Part shown: positions 50,210 through 64,000 of the stretch, piece by piece
Layout: every line of letters starts with the position of its first letter
How positions within the stretch are numbered: the first letter of the stretch is position 1
From: the human T2T-CHM13v2.0 reference genome, Homo sapiens
Direction: 5' to 3' (one strand)
Assembly: GCF_009914755.1 (NCBI RefSeq)
Contig: NC_060932.1
DNA length: 64,000 nt
The notes under the pieces: generated by a model
Told to the model about the DNA's origin: nothing
Database searches by the model: none
Seen by the model: the letters and a program-made list of their open reading frames with translations, nothing else
Position numbers and translations under genes: made by a program

Positions 50210-50525
50210 ACAGGCATGGTGGCTTATGCCTGTAATCCCAGAACTTTGGGAGCCGAGCTAGGTGGATCATTTGAGGCCATGAGTTTGAGACCAGCCTGGC
50301 CAACATGGCAAAACCCTGTCTCTACTAAAAATACAAAAAAAAAAAAAAAAAAAAAAGCCAGGCATTGTGGTACATGCCTATAATCCCAGCTACTCAGGAG
50401 CCTGAGGCATGAGAATCATTTGAACCTGGAAAGTGGAGGTTGTAGTGAGCCAAGATCACACCACTGCACTCCAGCCTGGGTGACAAAGAAGACTTTTTCT
50501 AAAACAAACAAACAAACAAACAAAC
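50210..50525 (+). mobile_element. Alu
   Basis: Alu dimer with expanded A linker. Confidence 0.88.
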
Positions 50526-51647
50526 CCAGCAACAATGAGATACCACTACACACCTGTTAGGATGGCCAACATTCATCCTGGATTTTCATGTGTAGTGGCA
50601 TCTCATTTCATCCTCACCAGCAATGGAGAGTTCCTGTCGCTCTACATCCTAACACCAAATGCTTGTGAGGATGTGGAGCAACAGGAACTCTCATTCATTG
50701 CTGGTGAGGATGCAAAATGGTACAGCCACTTTGGAAGACAGTTTGGCAGTACATTACAAAACTAAATATTATCTTACCATATGATCCTGCAATCATACTC
50801 CTTGGTATTTATTCAAAGGAGATGAAAACTTATTTCTAACAAAAATCTCTACAGAAATGTTTATAGCAGCTTTATTCATGATTGCAAGAACTAGAAATCT
50901 ACCAAGATGTCCTTGAGTAGGTGAATGGATAAACAACCTGTGGTACATTCAGACACTGGAATATTACTAGGTGATAAAAAGAAATGAGCTACAAGCCATT
51001 AAAAGAAATGAAGGAACCTTAAGTATTTATTGCTGATTGAAAGAAGCCTATCTGAAAAGGCTACATAATGTGATTCCAACTCTATGACATTCTGGCAAAG
51101 GAGTCACTAAAAAGATCAGTGTTTACCATGGGCTTGGGGAAGGGGTGAGTGGAAGAGAGCAATAGTAGGTAGAGCACAGGGGATTTTTAGGACAGTGAAA
51201 CTCTTCTACAAGATACTGTGGTGGTGGATACATCTTATTACCTTTTTAAAACCATAGAATATACAAACTCCCAAGAGTGAGCCCTAATGTAAACTGTGGA
51301 CTTCAGTGAATAATAATGTAACTATATTGGCTCATCACTTGTAACATATGTATCACACTAATGCAAGATGTTAATATATTAGTAATAGGAGAAACAGTGT
51401 TTGCCTTGTGGTGGAGGGAGAAAGGGATATATGGGAATCTTGTTACTTTCTGCTCTTTTTCTGTAAACCTAAACTGCTCTAAAAAATAAAGTCTATTAAT
51501 TTAAAAAGATGAGATCCTAATGTATAAACTCTGTTGTATCTTGCTCTTTGTATTTAATACTATGTTGCACACATTAAAAAATTAATAGTTATATGGTTAG
51601 ATAAAACATGAATTTAAACAATTCTCCATTGTTTTTACTATTTTTAA

Positions 51648-51956
<309 letters not shown>

Positions 51957-53879
51957 TAAACTATTTCTAGTAGTGCTATGAAGAACATTCATAAACATGA
52001 ATATTTGCCCATTATTTCCTTACAATAAATTTATAGAAAAGAAACTTCTGTATCAAGAATTATGCACATTAAAAATTTTAATCATATTTCCTTCCACAAA
52101 GATTGTACCAATTTACATTCTTGCGAAAGAAATGAGAGAGCCCATTGCTTCACACTTTGGTTAATACTTAGTACAGTATTTTCAATCTTTTCAGCCTCCA
52201 TCTATTTAACATCTAAAATATAAGATCTCAATTTTTAAAAATTGTCCTTTAGTAAAGTTAAACATATTTTCTTGTATTTATTGAGCATTTAATTTCTTTT
52301 TTTATGAGTGGCTGGTTCATGTGCTTTTCTTAGTTCTTTAAGTAATTTGGAATGTTCATCTTTATGATTCATAAACAATTAAGGATATTAACTCATAGGT
52401 TTCAAATATTTGTTTCTTAATTTATCGTCTACTTTTAAATGTTATGTATATTAAGACATTTAAATTTTCTATATCATCAGCTCTATTGATCTTTTCCTTG
52501 ATGGTTTCTTGCTTTGAAGTCATGCTTCTCAAGGTTCCCTCTAACTACCCCAAGATCTTTTATACTCTGGCTTGCATTAAATTCACAAGTTTCAGTAGGA
52601 AGTCAGGGTTGCAGGGAGGAGCCCCCTGTGATGTCTCAGTAATCCCACTGCTCATTCCTAAACTCATCAACCACACCTGGAGACCACGTTCCCATCTCAT
52701 TATGCTGAGCTGAAACATTGCACAAAAGTCCTTCCTCCACTTTCCTTTGCCTCACATCCCAGCTCTGCCATGGCTAGTCCATGGGAGATAATCTGTTAAA
52801 AGAAATAATGCAGATATGCTAAGCAGAGTTGGTTTAGCAGAAGACAGGGTGTAATAATTAATCAGGAGCAGACGCGACCATTCCCGACGGCCTTGGCAGC
52901 TCACTCTGCCTGAACCTGGGTGGCAGGGGCTGCATGTTTAGAACTTTCACAAAACAGGGTATATTTCCATTCTCCAGGTCAGGCCTTCTATGGATTATTT
53001 ACAGAATGAGGAATAAGACAAGCCTTAGAATACTTTTAGACAGAGCCCAATCAAAGGATTTATTTTCACTTTATTCTCTATTTAAGATAACATTTAGCTT
53101 TTATTACAATGATTGCAGCCCTCTGCTGGTGGGATGCACCTATCTGCAGGTCTGGGAAGGTCTGGACCTCTATTTACTCGATGTTGAAGGCAGACATAAA
53201 TGAGTTTGTCCACAGCTCACAGCTCACAGCTCACAGCCAGGCTCTGTGGGCTGCACCCCATGAGAAATTCTAGGTGAAGGATTTGAGGGCTTCCTCTCTC
53301 CCAAGCAGAAATAATGGGTCTTGGTGATACCCAATATCTCACTTGAACCAGGTTCATCTCTATGCTTTAATAGAAGCATTAAAACAGTAAGCAGCCATCA
53401 TTTTTGGGCAGAGGGAGATATCCTACTGGTATTTTCCAATCACTAACATCCTCTGTCTTTGCAATATGTATAATTTTATCCTTTTAGTAAAGGTGCATGT
53501 GGACATTAGTATGATCTATGTAAGTATAATCACCAGCAGTTACAAAGTGCTGGTTCCACCCATTTTCCAACCAGAAAGGAAAGAAACATCATTAATCATA
53601 TGATGAGTGTTTGTCAGGCCTCCAAGTCTAAAGAAGAATTTAAATTGAGCTAGGGGAAGGGAAGTTGTAAGAGAGCAGCTGTCCACAGTTATTAATGGTA
53701 CCTTACACTACACAGTTGCTGCCACATCCATTATCTCACCCTCTACCTGCCGTCAGCAGCCTTGAAAGAAGCAGGGGGAGGGATGGGAGGGGGGTGAGTA
53801 TGAGAAATGCAAGACTCTACTAGGGTTGGTCATTGGGCATTTCTGAGTTGATGCCCATGGGATGTGGGAGTGGTTATAT

Positions 53880-56590
53880 CCAGTTGCCTCTCAGCAGCCT
53901 CAGACAACCACTCCTGCTTTCTTGAAGTACTCTCCATTCTTGGTGTCCAATACATGCTACTCTGCCTCTCTCTGGCCACTCCTGAGTCTTCTTTGCAGAC
54001 CACCCTTTCTTTAGTTGAATCAGAGGTATCAGGACTGACCCTCTCCTCTCCATCTTTACCTCCTCCTCAGCTGGTGTCGTAGAATTATTTGACTTAATTA
54101 CCATCCATGAGTGGATGTTCCTAAATTCACATCTTAAGCCCCAACTTCTCACTTGAGTGCCTTATTATTTCCACTTGGATATCTTAAAGGCATCTCAAAT
54201 TACCATGGCCCCAATGGAAACCATCCCCCTAACCGAGTGGAAATCCTGATCAGCTCCCCCATAATCCCACACCCCCACTTCACCCCGCTACTCACTTGGT
54301 CTTTCTTACATCCATTAATACAGCAGTCCCCAACTTTTTTGGCACCATGGACCAGTTTCATAGAAGACCATTCTTCCATGGAAAGAGGGACTGGGGCATG
54401 GTTTTGGGATGAAACTGTCCCACCTCAGATCATCAGGGCCTTCGTCAGATTCTCATAAAGAGCATGCAACCTATATCCCTCCCATGTGCAGTTCACAGTA
54501 GGGTTCGAGCTCCTATGAAGATCTACTGGCTGGCTGATCTGACAGGAGGTGGAGCTCAGGCGGTAATGCTGGCTCACTTGCTGCTCACCTCCTACTGTGA
54601 GGCCCAGTTCCTAATAGGCCATGGACGGGTACTGGTCTGCAGCCCAGGGGTTGGGGACCCCTGCGTTAATATACCACCATTCAACTTTGAATCAATTTCC
54701 AAATCTAGAGTTCACACTTGATATTATAGTTTTATTTACATACCACCATTCACCTTGATTCAATCCCCCAATCTAGAGTTCACACTTGATAGTTTTCTCC
54801 TACTTACTCCACATCCAATCTATTAGTGACTTTTATTGGCAGCAGAAACAAGAGTGGATAAGAGGAAGGACACACACTGGTCAGACTGCAGGGCTTGATT
54901 CCTGGCTCTGCCACGTGTGAGTTTTGGGTCCTGGGGAAAGTTCCTTAATCTCACTTTGTTTCCACTCTACCTCACAGAGTTGTTGTGAGGATTAAATGTA
55001 TTCTGAGGCTTAACCAGAGTTAATACTTGCAAAGCACTGAGAACAATGCCTGGCCCAGTAATTGCTGCAAAAGTGGTAGCTGTTATTATTGCCTCCAACA
55101 TAAATGACACATCTGTCCATTTATCTCAAGTGCCCTTGCCCTGGTCCTAGCCACAATCCACTCTCACCTTCTTACTGGTTGCCTCTGTTTGACCCTTGCA
55201 CCACCACACTACAGCTGGAATAATATATAAAAAGTATTGGTCAGATTTTGTTGTTCCAGATTAGAATGCTTAAATGGTTTCGTTTTAAAGACAGAATAAA
55301 ATCCGAATCTGTTTCCATGGCCCACAGTCCTGTAGATGTGGTCCCTGCCTGCTGCTTTAACTTCGGTTGTACAAAGCAGATGTTACTGTGTAACAAATAG
55401 CCCCAAAATATAGTGGCAAAGACCAACAACACTCTTACTGTGCTCATGGATCCTGTGGATCAGGGATTTGAACACAGTAGAGCAGGGATATGTTGTCTCT
55501 GCTCCACGATGTCTAGGGCCGTATCTGGGAAAACTTGAATGGCTTTGGGTGACTTGAACAACCGGGGTGGAGTCCTCCAGAATCTTTCTCACTCATACGT
55601 CTGTCACCTTGGCACCATGGCAGGAAGGCTGGGCTTGGGGGGACTCTGCTGGAATTCCTATATTGGTCTCTACATGGCTTCAGCTTCTTTACAGCATGGT
55701 GGCGTTAGGGTAGCTGGATTTCCCACACCTGTGTCTGAACTCAGACCATGCTTTCTGTGACCTGTCCTTGGAAGGCATCTCTTCTGTCATACTCTACTTG
55801 TTAAAGCAGCCAGAAGCCCACCCGAATTCAAAGGGAGGGCATGTAGACCCCACCTTTCATTAGGAGGATGCCAAAGAATTTGTGGCACTGTTTTTAAAGG
55901 GCCACGCTCATGTCTATCACTCTCTCTTGCTCACAGTTCTCCAGTCACACTAGACTCCTTTCTGTTCCCAAAACATTCCACCTCATCCTAATCTCAGTCT
56001 TCCCATGTTTTTGTTTTCTCTTACATAAACTCTCTTCTCCCAGATGGCTTCCTCCTTCTCATCTTTGTCCAAAGACTAAGTCTTCCCTTTTAATTAACAC
56101 ATTGAGTCAGAAACTTTGCTGCAAAAATTGAATTGAAGCCCCAATATCTTTTTCCAGACATGAAGTCCTGAACTTAGCTCCCAGACACCACGTTCTGCTA
56201 CTTCCTCCAGAGGCTAAGTCTAGAACTCTGCTGCCTGAGGCTAAGTCCAGAATTTTCCCTCCAGAGGCAAAGTCAGATTTTTGCTCTTGGGACTAAATCT
56301 CTACCTAAATGTCAGCTCCCCTTCCTAGACCTTCCTAGACCACTCTGTCTAAAGTGCCTTTCCACCTCTCTATCCTCTGCTTATTTCCTTGATGGCACTG
56401 ACTGCAATCTGAAGTTATCCTTTGTATTTGTTTCTTTCCCCATTAATTAAATGGCTACCCCCTTGTAGAAGGTAACTTCCATGAGGGCAGAGGTGTTGTA
56501 GGTTTTTTTACTATCATATCCCTTGGCACATAGAAGGCACTTAATGTAACCTTGCTGGATGAGTGAATGAATGAATGAATGAATGAATGA
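53880..56590 (+). mobile_element. Fragmented L2 ending in (GAAT)n, with nested MER1B, MIR (~54850-55090) and MLT1 LTR (~55380-55900)
   Basis: L2 motifs (tttccacttggatatcttaaaggcatctcaaa, ttccatgagggcagag, gaatgaatgaatga). Confidence 0.65.
54321..54663. mobile_element. MER1B-like hAT-Charlie element
   Basis: TIRs cagcagtccccaac / gttggggacccctg; 8-bp TSD cattaata/cgttaata; ~340 bp. Confidence 0.88.
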
Positions 56591-57479
56591 AGTGTGGAAA
56601 GAGTCAGGAATAAAGCTTTGGAAGTTAGAAACGTTTAGTTAGTTGTTGAAACCATGACAGAGAAAGAGGCTTAGGAGACAACCTAAGGGATCATTGATAT
56701 TTAAGACTGGGTAAGAGGAACTCAATGAATGTTTAGAAAGAAGAGTCATAAAAGCGTGAAAAGAGCCAGAAAAAAAGGCATCACAGAAGCGAGGGAGGGG
56801 AATTTGGAAGAAAAAAGGTAGAGGCAATAATGTTAAGTATCACAATGAGCTCAGTTAAAATAAAGATCACAAAGTGCGCATTAGCTTCCAATTAGCATGC
56901 TGTTTGCCCAAGCTTTTCTAATGGAGTCAGGCGAAGAGGCCAACTGTAGTGGGTTGAGAAGCAAATGGGAGTGGAAGTTGAGGAAGTGGAGGCCAGGAGT
57001 GTACGCTACCCATTCCTGAAGCTTAACCATGTAGGAACAGCAAGGCAGGGCAATCGTGGTGAGGAGCACAGGGCCAGGGAGATGGGAACGGCTGGAGGAG
57101 TTTTCCAAGCTCAAGGGACTGAGAGGTGGAGAGGAAGACTTTGAGATCTGGGAGCAGGCCGGGGTGGGAAACAGCATGGATTTGGGAATAATCCTTGAAT
57201 GGGCTGACGTCTTCCTGTGAGACCTAGGGAAGGAGAAAAGAGGGGTGTGTGTGATGCTCTGCTACAAATCCTTATTCCATTTGTGATTCCTCATTCAGCA
57301 CTGGGCTCTCCAGCCAGACTGAGCTCATGAGAACACGATTGAGGATGACCCAGGAAGCATGGCAAAGGTGGTGACAGCTGCTGAGAGGTGTGAGAGGGTG
57401 GCCAGATCAAGGACCAGTGGGAAGTCTTCAGGGGAAGCTCTTCTGGAGTGATCTGTCCCAGTTTCTTTTTAAAAGAATT

Positions 57480-57995
57480 TTTTTTTTTAAAAATTTCAAT
57501 AGCTTTTGGGATACAAGTGGTTTTTGGTTACATAGATGAATTGTATAGTGGTGAAGTCTGAGATTTTAGTGCACCCATCACCCAAGGAGTGTACATTGTA
57601 CCTAATGTGTAGTTTTTTTTTATGCCTAGCCCCATTCCCACCCTCCTTCTTCTGAGTCTCCAAAGTCCATTATATCACTCTGTATGCCTTTGTGTATTCA
57701 TAGCTTAGCTCCCTCTTATAAGTGAGAACATACAGTGTTTAGTTTTCCACTCTTGTGTTACTTCACTTAGAATAATGGCTTCCAGCTCCACCCAAATTAC
57801 TGCAAAAGATATTATATCATTCTTTATCATTCTGTTTTATGGCTGAGTAGTATTCCAAGGTGTATATGTACCACATTTTCTTTATCCACTCATTGGTCAG
57901 TGGGCACTTAGGCTGGTTCCATATTTTTGCAACTGTGACTTGTGCTGCAATAAACATAGGAGTGCAGGTGTTGTCTTTTTGATATCATGACTTCT
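57480..57995 (-). mobile_element. L1PB-like 3' end
   Basis: tttcaatagcttttggg...gaattgtatagtggtgaagtctgagattttagtgcacccatcacc. Confidence 0.85.
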
Positions 57996-59544
57996 TTTTG
58001 TCCCAATCTTTAATGCAGTATGAGTGTTCTGTGGCTGCTCCCACAGAAGTGGTTAGGGAATAGTGAATTTTAGGGCTGCCCCAGGATTGGGAGGTTGCAG
58101 GGTAAGAGTAGCAGAATGATGCTGCTGGTGAGAGTAGTCCAGGAAATGGACCATGGGGGCCCAGCTGTGAATGAAGAGGTTGACTCATCACATCTTGATG
58201 ATGTGGTTAGGGGATGAGGGCTCAGATAGCCCTTGGAGTGAATGGCTAAAGATAAGGGCAGGCCAAGGTCATGGGTCAGCAAAGTGAAGGAACTGAGGGT
58301 ATGTGTGTATTTCACACAAATTTTAAATTCAAACAGGATTAAGTTAGGAGTTGTGGTAGAAAGAATACTGCTGCTATGATAAATAGACTCCACTATGTAT
58401 AATGACTCGAGCACAAAAGGAGTTTATTTGTATATCACATAATAGTTCAAGGTGGGTGTTTCTGTTGAGTGGGCAGAGAAAGGTACAGGGTCCCCGCTCC
58501 ATGCAATTAACTGGAAAGTCAAACTGCTGGTGGTTCTAACATCTTCAACACACAGCTCCCAAGGTTGTCTGGGCAATCATCATCCCGTCAGCTTGGAGAA
58601 AAAGCCTGGAGGAGGAAGAGGGAATTGTCTATGTCCTAGGCCTTGAAGAGATGCACTGCGTTGGCTAGAACTCTGTCACATCTCACTGCCGATGAGGGTG
58701 GGAAATGTAGCCCAGTTGTGTGTCCTAGAAGAAGAGGAGAGCCTGGATTTCATGAAGAGCTAGTGGCCTCTGCTACATCTCAGTGCCAGATAGACATGGA
58801 AGGACCCAGCTGATTATGTCCTGAATAAATGTGCAGAAGTGTCTTGGAGACAGAGATGAGGGTACACAGAAGGGCAGGGCTTCTGCAAGCTGCTGAGAAA
58901 GTGATGGTCTGGAAATGACCTTGCAGGGTGGGCAGATGGAGTACAGAGAAGTCAGACAGATCTTAGAGGAGGACCCGGGGTATGAACAGGCTCTGGTTGA
59001 TGACTCTTGGAAGGGGCCTGGGCTCAGATACAAAAAAATCACGGGATCCCCCTCCCTAAAGGGGCCCTGCAGGAGAAAGGAGGGAATTGGAAACCTGAGG
59101 GAATTATCCCGTTGCTTACTGTGAAATGCTGAGTAAATGCTCAAAGAGTAAATACCTAATACTAACTCTTGGACTATAGGGCTTTGTGGCATGCATGTCC
59201 TCTTTGGACTTGATTACAAACTGAACAGAGTGTGGTTGACAAAGCGGTGGGGCTCATAGGACTGAAGGGCAGGAAGGACACTGACAACAGCCTTAAGGCA
59301 AACCTCTCACAGGCTTGACAGGAGGGAAAGGAGTAGATGATGAGAAGAAAGAGAATGGAAAAGAAGACACCCACAGTCCTCCTAGAAACTTTAACTAAAT
59401 GGACGAGGCCTAAGACAGGACCTGGTTGTAAATTTCATGCTTTGGAAGGTTATTTTAGACTCAAGTCCCAGTGAGTCTATGTTAGACTCAAGTCCCAGTG
59501 TTTGGGCTGTATTTTATAATGGGGACATTTGTGTAATGGGTTTA

Positions 59545-60170
59545 TTCATCTATCCATTGTGCACCCGCCTACCCACCCATCTATCCATCCATTCACCCAT
59601 CATCTGTCTATCCATCTACCTGAGCATCCATCCTGCCATCATACATCTATTCCATCCACTCTTCCACCCATTCACTTTTCCATCCATCCACCCGTCATCT
59701 GTCTATCCATCTATTCATCCATCATCCATTATTCATCCACCCACCCATCCATCTATCCACCTACCCACTCAGCCATCCATCCATCCATTTGTCCACCCAC
59801 ACATCCATCCATCCATCCATCCACCCATCCACTTATCCATCCATCCATACAAACATACATACATACATCTGCCCATCCATCCATCCATCCATCCATCCAT
59901 CCACCCATCCATCCACACATCATCTGTCTGTCCATCTACCCAAGAATCCATCCATCCATCATCCATCTATCCATCCACCACCCATTCATTTATCCACCTA
60001 CCCATCCATCCATCCATCCATCCATCCACCCACCACACATCCATCCACCTATTCATCCATCCATATGAACATACATACATACATCTGCCCATCCATCCAT
60101 CCATCTGCCCACCCAACTATCCATTCATCCATCCACCCCACCCATCTACTATCCATCCATCCATCCATCC
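59545..60170. repeat. Degenerate (CCAT)n simple repeat
   Basis: Direct reading. Confidence 0.95.
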
Positions 60171-61811
60171 TTTCAGAATTTGTTTGCCTATTACAGGCAA
60201 GGCCTTACGGTGGGTGATGAGGAGAGAGAAAGTATAGTCTCTGTCTTCAAGATGCTTACTGTCTAAGAGAAGGAGACACTGTATAAGGAAATAGTCCAGG
60301 AGACTGTTTTGGCACTCTGCCAAGAGTCTGTACAGCCCCCAGTGGGGGCATAAGAGAAGGAGTGGTCAGCTGGACCTGAGGGCTCAGGAATGGTTGCACA
60401 GAGGAGTGATGGTGTGAGGGGTCCAAGAGGGCCTGGGCATGCTGGGAGAGGCAGGCATGTGAGCACAAGTGTGGAGCTGCAAACAGCCCGGCACGCACAG
60501 GGAATGCGAAGATGGTGCCCCCGGTGAGGTAGTGGCCTTAGATGGGGAGAAGAAGAGATGAAGGGCATCAATTCCCACTTAGTCTCTCCAGGCTCCAGTG
60601 TTATTTTCTTCCATCAGTGCCCTGTCCCTTTAAAGTGGTCTTTTTACTATCCTACCTCCATTTCTAATTCTCTGAAGAAACAGAGAGAACTCCTGAGGCC
60701 CGAGGGACATATGCAGGCACTCATTCCTCCACTGGTTTGGCAGTGCCCACAGGAGTTACACACTGCCCACAGATGTAGAATTTAGTTTAAAGCCCACAAA
60801 TGAGACTGATGGTTACTAACAGCACAACTGCATTCGGCTGTTTATTCTTTCAATGATTTCCTTATCTGCTTGATAGGAAGATAGGAAGAATTCTGTCTGG
60901 TTCCTCAAGACAGTGGAAGTGCCCAGAAGCTGGAGGGAGACCAGTCGTTGGGTTGATGACACTGTGGGGGTGGAGAGCCCCCAGCCCAAGCCTAGGTAGA
61001 GGGGCACAGTTTGCCTGGAGCTGGTAAAGCATTGGTAAAGCATCACGTGCCATTCACCTGTGACCTCTCTTTCTACAGCGTTGTACTACAAGAGGGGGAC
61101 TGTGTATGGGGAACTTGTAAACATCTCCTGATCCCCCTTGGTCTCCTGAGAGCTGGCACACAAGGTCAGTAATAAATTCTCACTCCTTGAAAACAAACAG
61201 GGTGGGGGAGTAAGGAGGGCAGAAAGAGGACCAATTTATTTACAGGAAAGGTCAGAATTTTGTTAAATCTTTACAATATCCAAATGGACTACTTTCAAGC
61301 ATTCACAGACTAAGCTAATAAATTGCCCCAAAGTGTCCTCTAGGGAACCGAAATGGACAAATGGCCAAGAACCATGGCGTGTTTTTGGATGAGTGAGCAG
61401 TTTTCAGTACATTGATCATGGCGGATTCTTTTAAGAGATGAAAACTCCTGAAATGTTATTTACACTTTCAGAGTTCATAGTTACCCCTTTTCCTTGGCCG
61501 TTTTCAGAATCGACACAGATTCTGAATCAAGGAGGGCCCAGTTGAGGGAGATCTGCGGTATTTTCTGGCTGTGGTGAGTACAAGCCTGAAGTGCGGGATT
61601 GAAAAGAGGAACCCGGCTGCAGTTATCATGATTGGACCTCCAGGCACAGCTGAGCTTTGTGAATGTGAGGCTTGATGCTTCCCAAGGACAGATCCCAGTA
61701 GAAAAGGAATCTGCTCGCTCTGCCTTGGATCATTAGAACCTAGGCCATGAGACCTCATCCAGTCAGGTGAATCCTCACCATCTGGTCTTTTAAAAGCCTG
61801 GGGTGAAGTCT

Positions 61812-62130
61812 AGGCGTGAGGGCCCCCAACTGTAATCCCACTGCTTTGGGAGGCCGAGACAGGAGGATTGCTTGAGCCCAAGAGTTCCAGACCAGCTTGG
61901 GCAACATAGCAAGACCCTGTCTACACAAAAGATAAAAAGACTTAGCCAGGCATGGTGATGCATGCCTGTAGTCCCAGTTATGTGGGAGGCTGAGGCAGAT
62001 CGCTTGAGCCTAGGAGTTTGAGGCTGCAGTGAGCTATGCTCATGCCACGGCACTCTAGCCTGGGTGACAGGGCAAGACCCTATCTCCAAAAAAAAAAAAA
62101 AAAAACAAAAAAAAAAAAAACAAAGAAAAA
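61812..62130 (+). mobile_element. AluJ-like
   Basis: Alu dimer with A-rich tail. Confidence 0.88.
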
Positions 62131-62656
62131 CCCAAAGCCTGGGATGAATCAGGATTAGAGAATGGCAGGTGCATATCTGGGAGGCAACAGGTGGAAGATG
62201 AAGCCTCGGTCACCTGGGCTGAAGAACAGGTATCTTTAGAAAGGTTCTCCTGTTCATTTGTCATTTAACTCTTGTTTGTTGAGTGTTGTGCGGTCACTGT
62301 AAGGTGGAGTGGAGGACTAGGTGGTTTAGGGGCTTTGCAATTGAGAAGTAGAGACAGACTGGAAATACTCAAGTAAACAAATGCACAAAAATACTTCCAA
62401 ATTATAATTGTTGCTATTAAAGAGATAGTGCTGAGACAAGGAAGAGTAGGAGTACATGGGCTGGCATCAGGAGGGAGGTCATGGAGGGCCTCCCTGAAGC
62501 AGGGATGCATGGGCAAGAAGGAGAGATGGGAGAAGAGAGAACAGCAGCCACAAAGGGCCATTGCAGGGAAAGGAAGGACATCAGTGTGCTATGGCATGAG
62601 AGAGCTTGGGGACGTAACACAGGATGAAGCTGGAAAGGAATAGAAGGGTAAGATCA

Positions 62657-62790
62657 GTCGGGCGCGGTGGCTCACACCTGTAATCTGAGCACTTTGGGAG
62701 GATCAGTTGAGGCCAGGAGTTTGAGACCAACATGGGTAACATAGTGAGACTCTTGTCTCTACTAAAAATAAAAGTAAAAAATTTAAAAAA
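62657..62790 (+). mobile_element. Alu monomer (FLAM/left arm)
   Basis: Single left arm with A-rich tail. Confidence 0.8.
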
Positions 62791-63191
62791 GAAGGGCAAG
62801 ATCACACGCAGCAGACTTGATAAACGGTTTGCATTTTATTTATGCAAGCAGCCTGGCTTGGTGTCTGAAATTCTACTAACCAGGGTCTTCTCTTTTTAGC
62901 AGAGGAGTAGCACACTGAGCATTTATCATTCATTTAAACCTTTATGTTCGTCTGTCATGTTTCCTATGAGGGGAGGGCCAGAGCCACTGAGTGAAACTGA
63001 GTTACACTGGGTTATGAGGAAAGAAAGAGATGGAGAATTGATTTCGGGAGAAGGGGAAACATCTAAGGAATGTGGACTGGGGACAGTGGAAGGAGTAAAG
63101 AAAGACAGCCGATCACCTGTGCCTACCTCTTGCACAAGGTGGGTCCCAGTTTCTACTAAACAAGTACCTTACCATTAAAAGAACTAGCCTT

Positions 63192-63495
<304 letters not shown>

Positions 63496-63509
63496 CTAGC
63501 CCCTTGGGC

Positions 63510-63705
63510 TTTGGGGTCACACAGACCCAAATTAGAATCTGGGCCTGGAACAAGAGGTTTCTTTGTGCTTTTCTCTCCTCGTCTATAAAATGAGGATCTG
63601 AAGATTTACCCAGTAGGATTTTGGAGAAGATTAAAGCAGATGTATTTAAAGCACTCAGTGCTATGCTTAGAGCATGGTAGGTGCTCAATACATGTTAATT
63701 TCCTC
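63510..63705 (+). mobile_element. MIR
   Basis: ctcgtctataaaatgagga ... aaagcactcag ... gtaggtgctcaata. Confidence 0.75.
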
Positions 63706-64000
63706 CTCACTGACAACATAACAATATTTTAGAAGATTGTACTGTTTCCAGAAGGCAGACAAGTGGAATGAGAGGGATAATATTTACCACTCTTTCATAA
63801 TGTTCCCCCTGGACAAAGAGCAGACCAGTGATGCCCTGTGGTGAGTGGACCCCTCACTAGGTAGGGAGTGAGCCCTTCCTCCTAGTCCATGTTTTCCTCC
63901 TTCTATAAATAGAGGGTGGAGTGGGCTGGATCTGTCGCTAAGTGTCCAGAAGTAGACTAGTTTAAAAACCTTCCTGGACCTTACCTCCGGATATTCTGTT

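Noticed and set aside
52790-52930. Unique-looking stretch with homeobox/octamer-like motifs as an enhancer
   Set aside because: Short motifs only; conservation cannot be assessed here
59455-59500. 19-bp direct repeat ttagactcaagtcccagtg x2 as CRISPR-like
   Set aside because: Two copies only, in eukaryotic DNA; a simple local duplication
59437-60237. 266-aa His/Pro/Ser/Ile-rich ORF
   Set aside because: Translation of the (CCAT)n repeat

Overview
Primate (almost certainly human, 8p21 by gene content) genomic DNA. Two neuronal genes sit head-to-head across a CpG island (~5250-8000). On the minus strand is PNMA2, a domesticated Ty3/gypsy Gag-derived capsid gene with its whole 364-aa CDS in one exon (239-1333). 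On the plus strand is the first coding exon of the long DPYSL2/CRMP2A isoform (6905-7258). Everything downstream is the long first DPYSL2 intron, packed with Alu, L1, L2, MIR, MaLR/ERVL LTRs and DNA transposons, plus a PSME2 processed pseudogene. I found no clearly new protein-coding system. The least explained signals are: an unidentified ~275-340 bp tandem unit in two separate inserts within one ancient L1 (one flanked by a 15-bp TSD); two templated fold-back scars; a PSME2 retrocopy followed by a tailed LTR fragment; a strong-context 80-codon uORF in the PNMA2 leader; and an RE1-like site near the shared promoter. Repeat subfamilies and most repeat boundaries are by-eye estimates.
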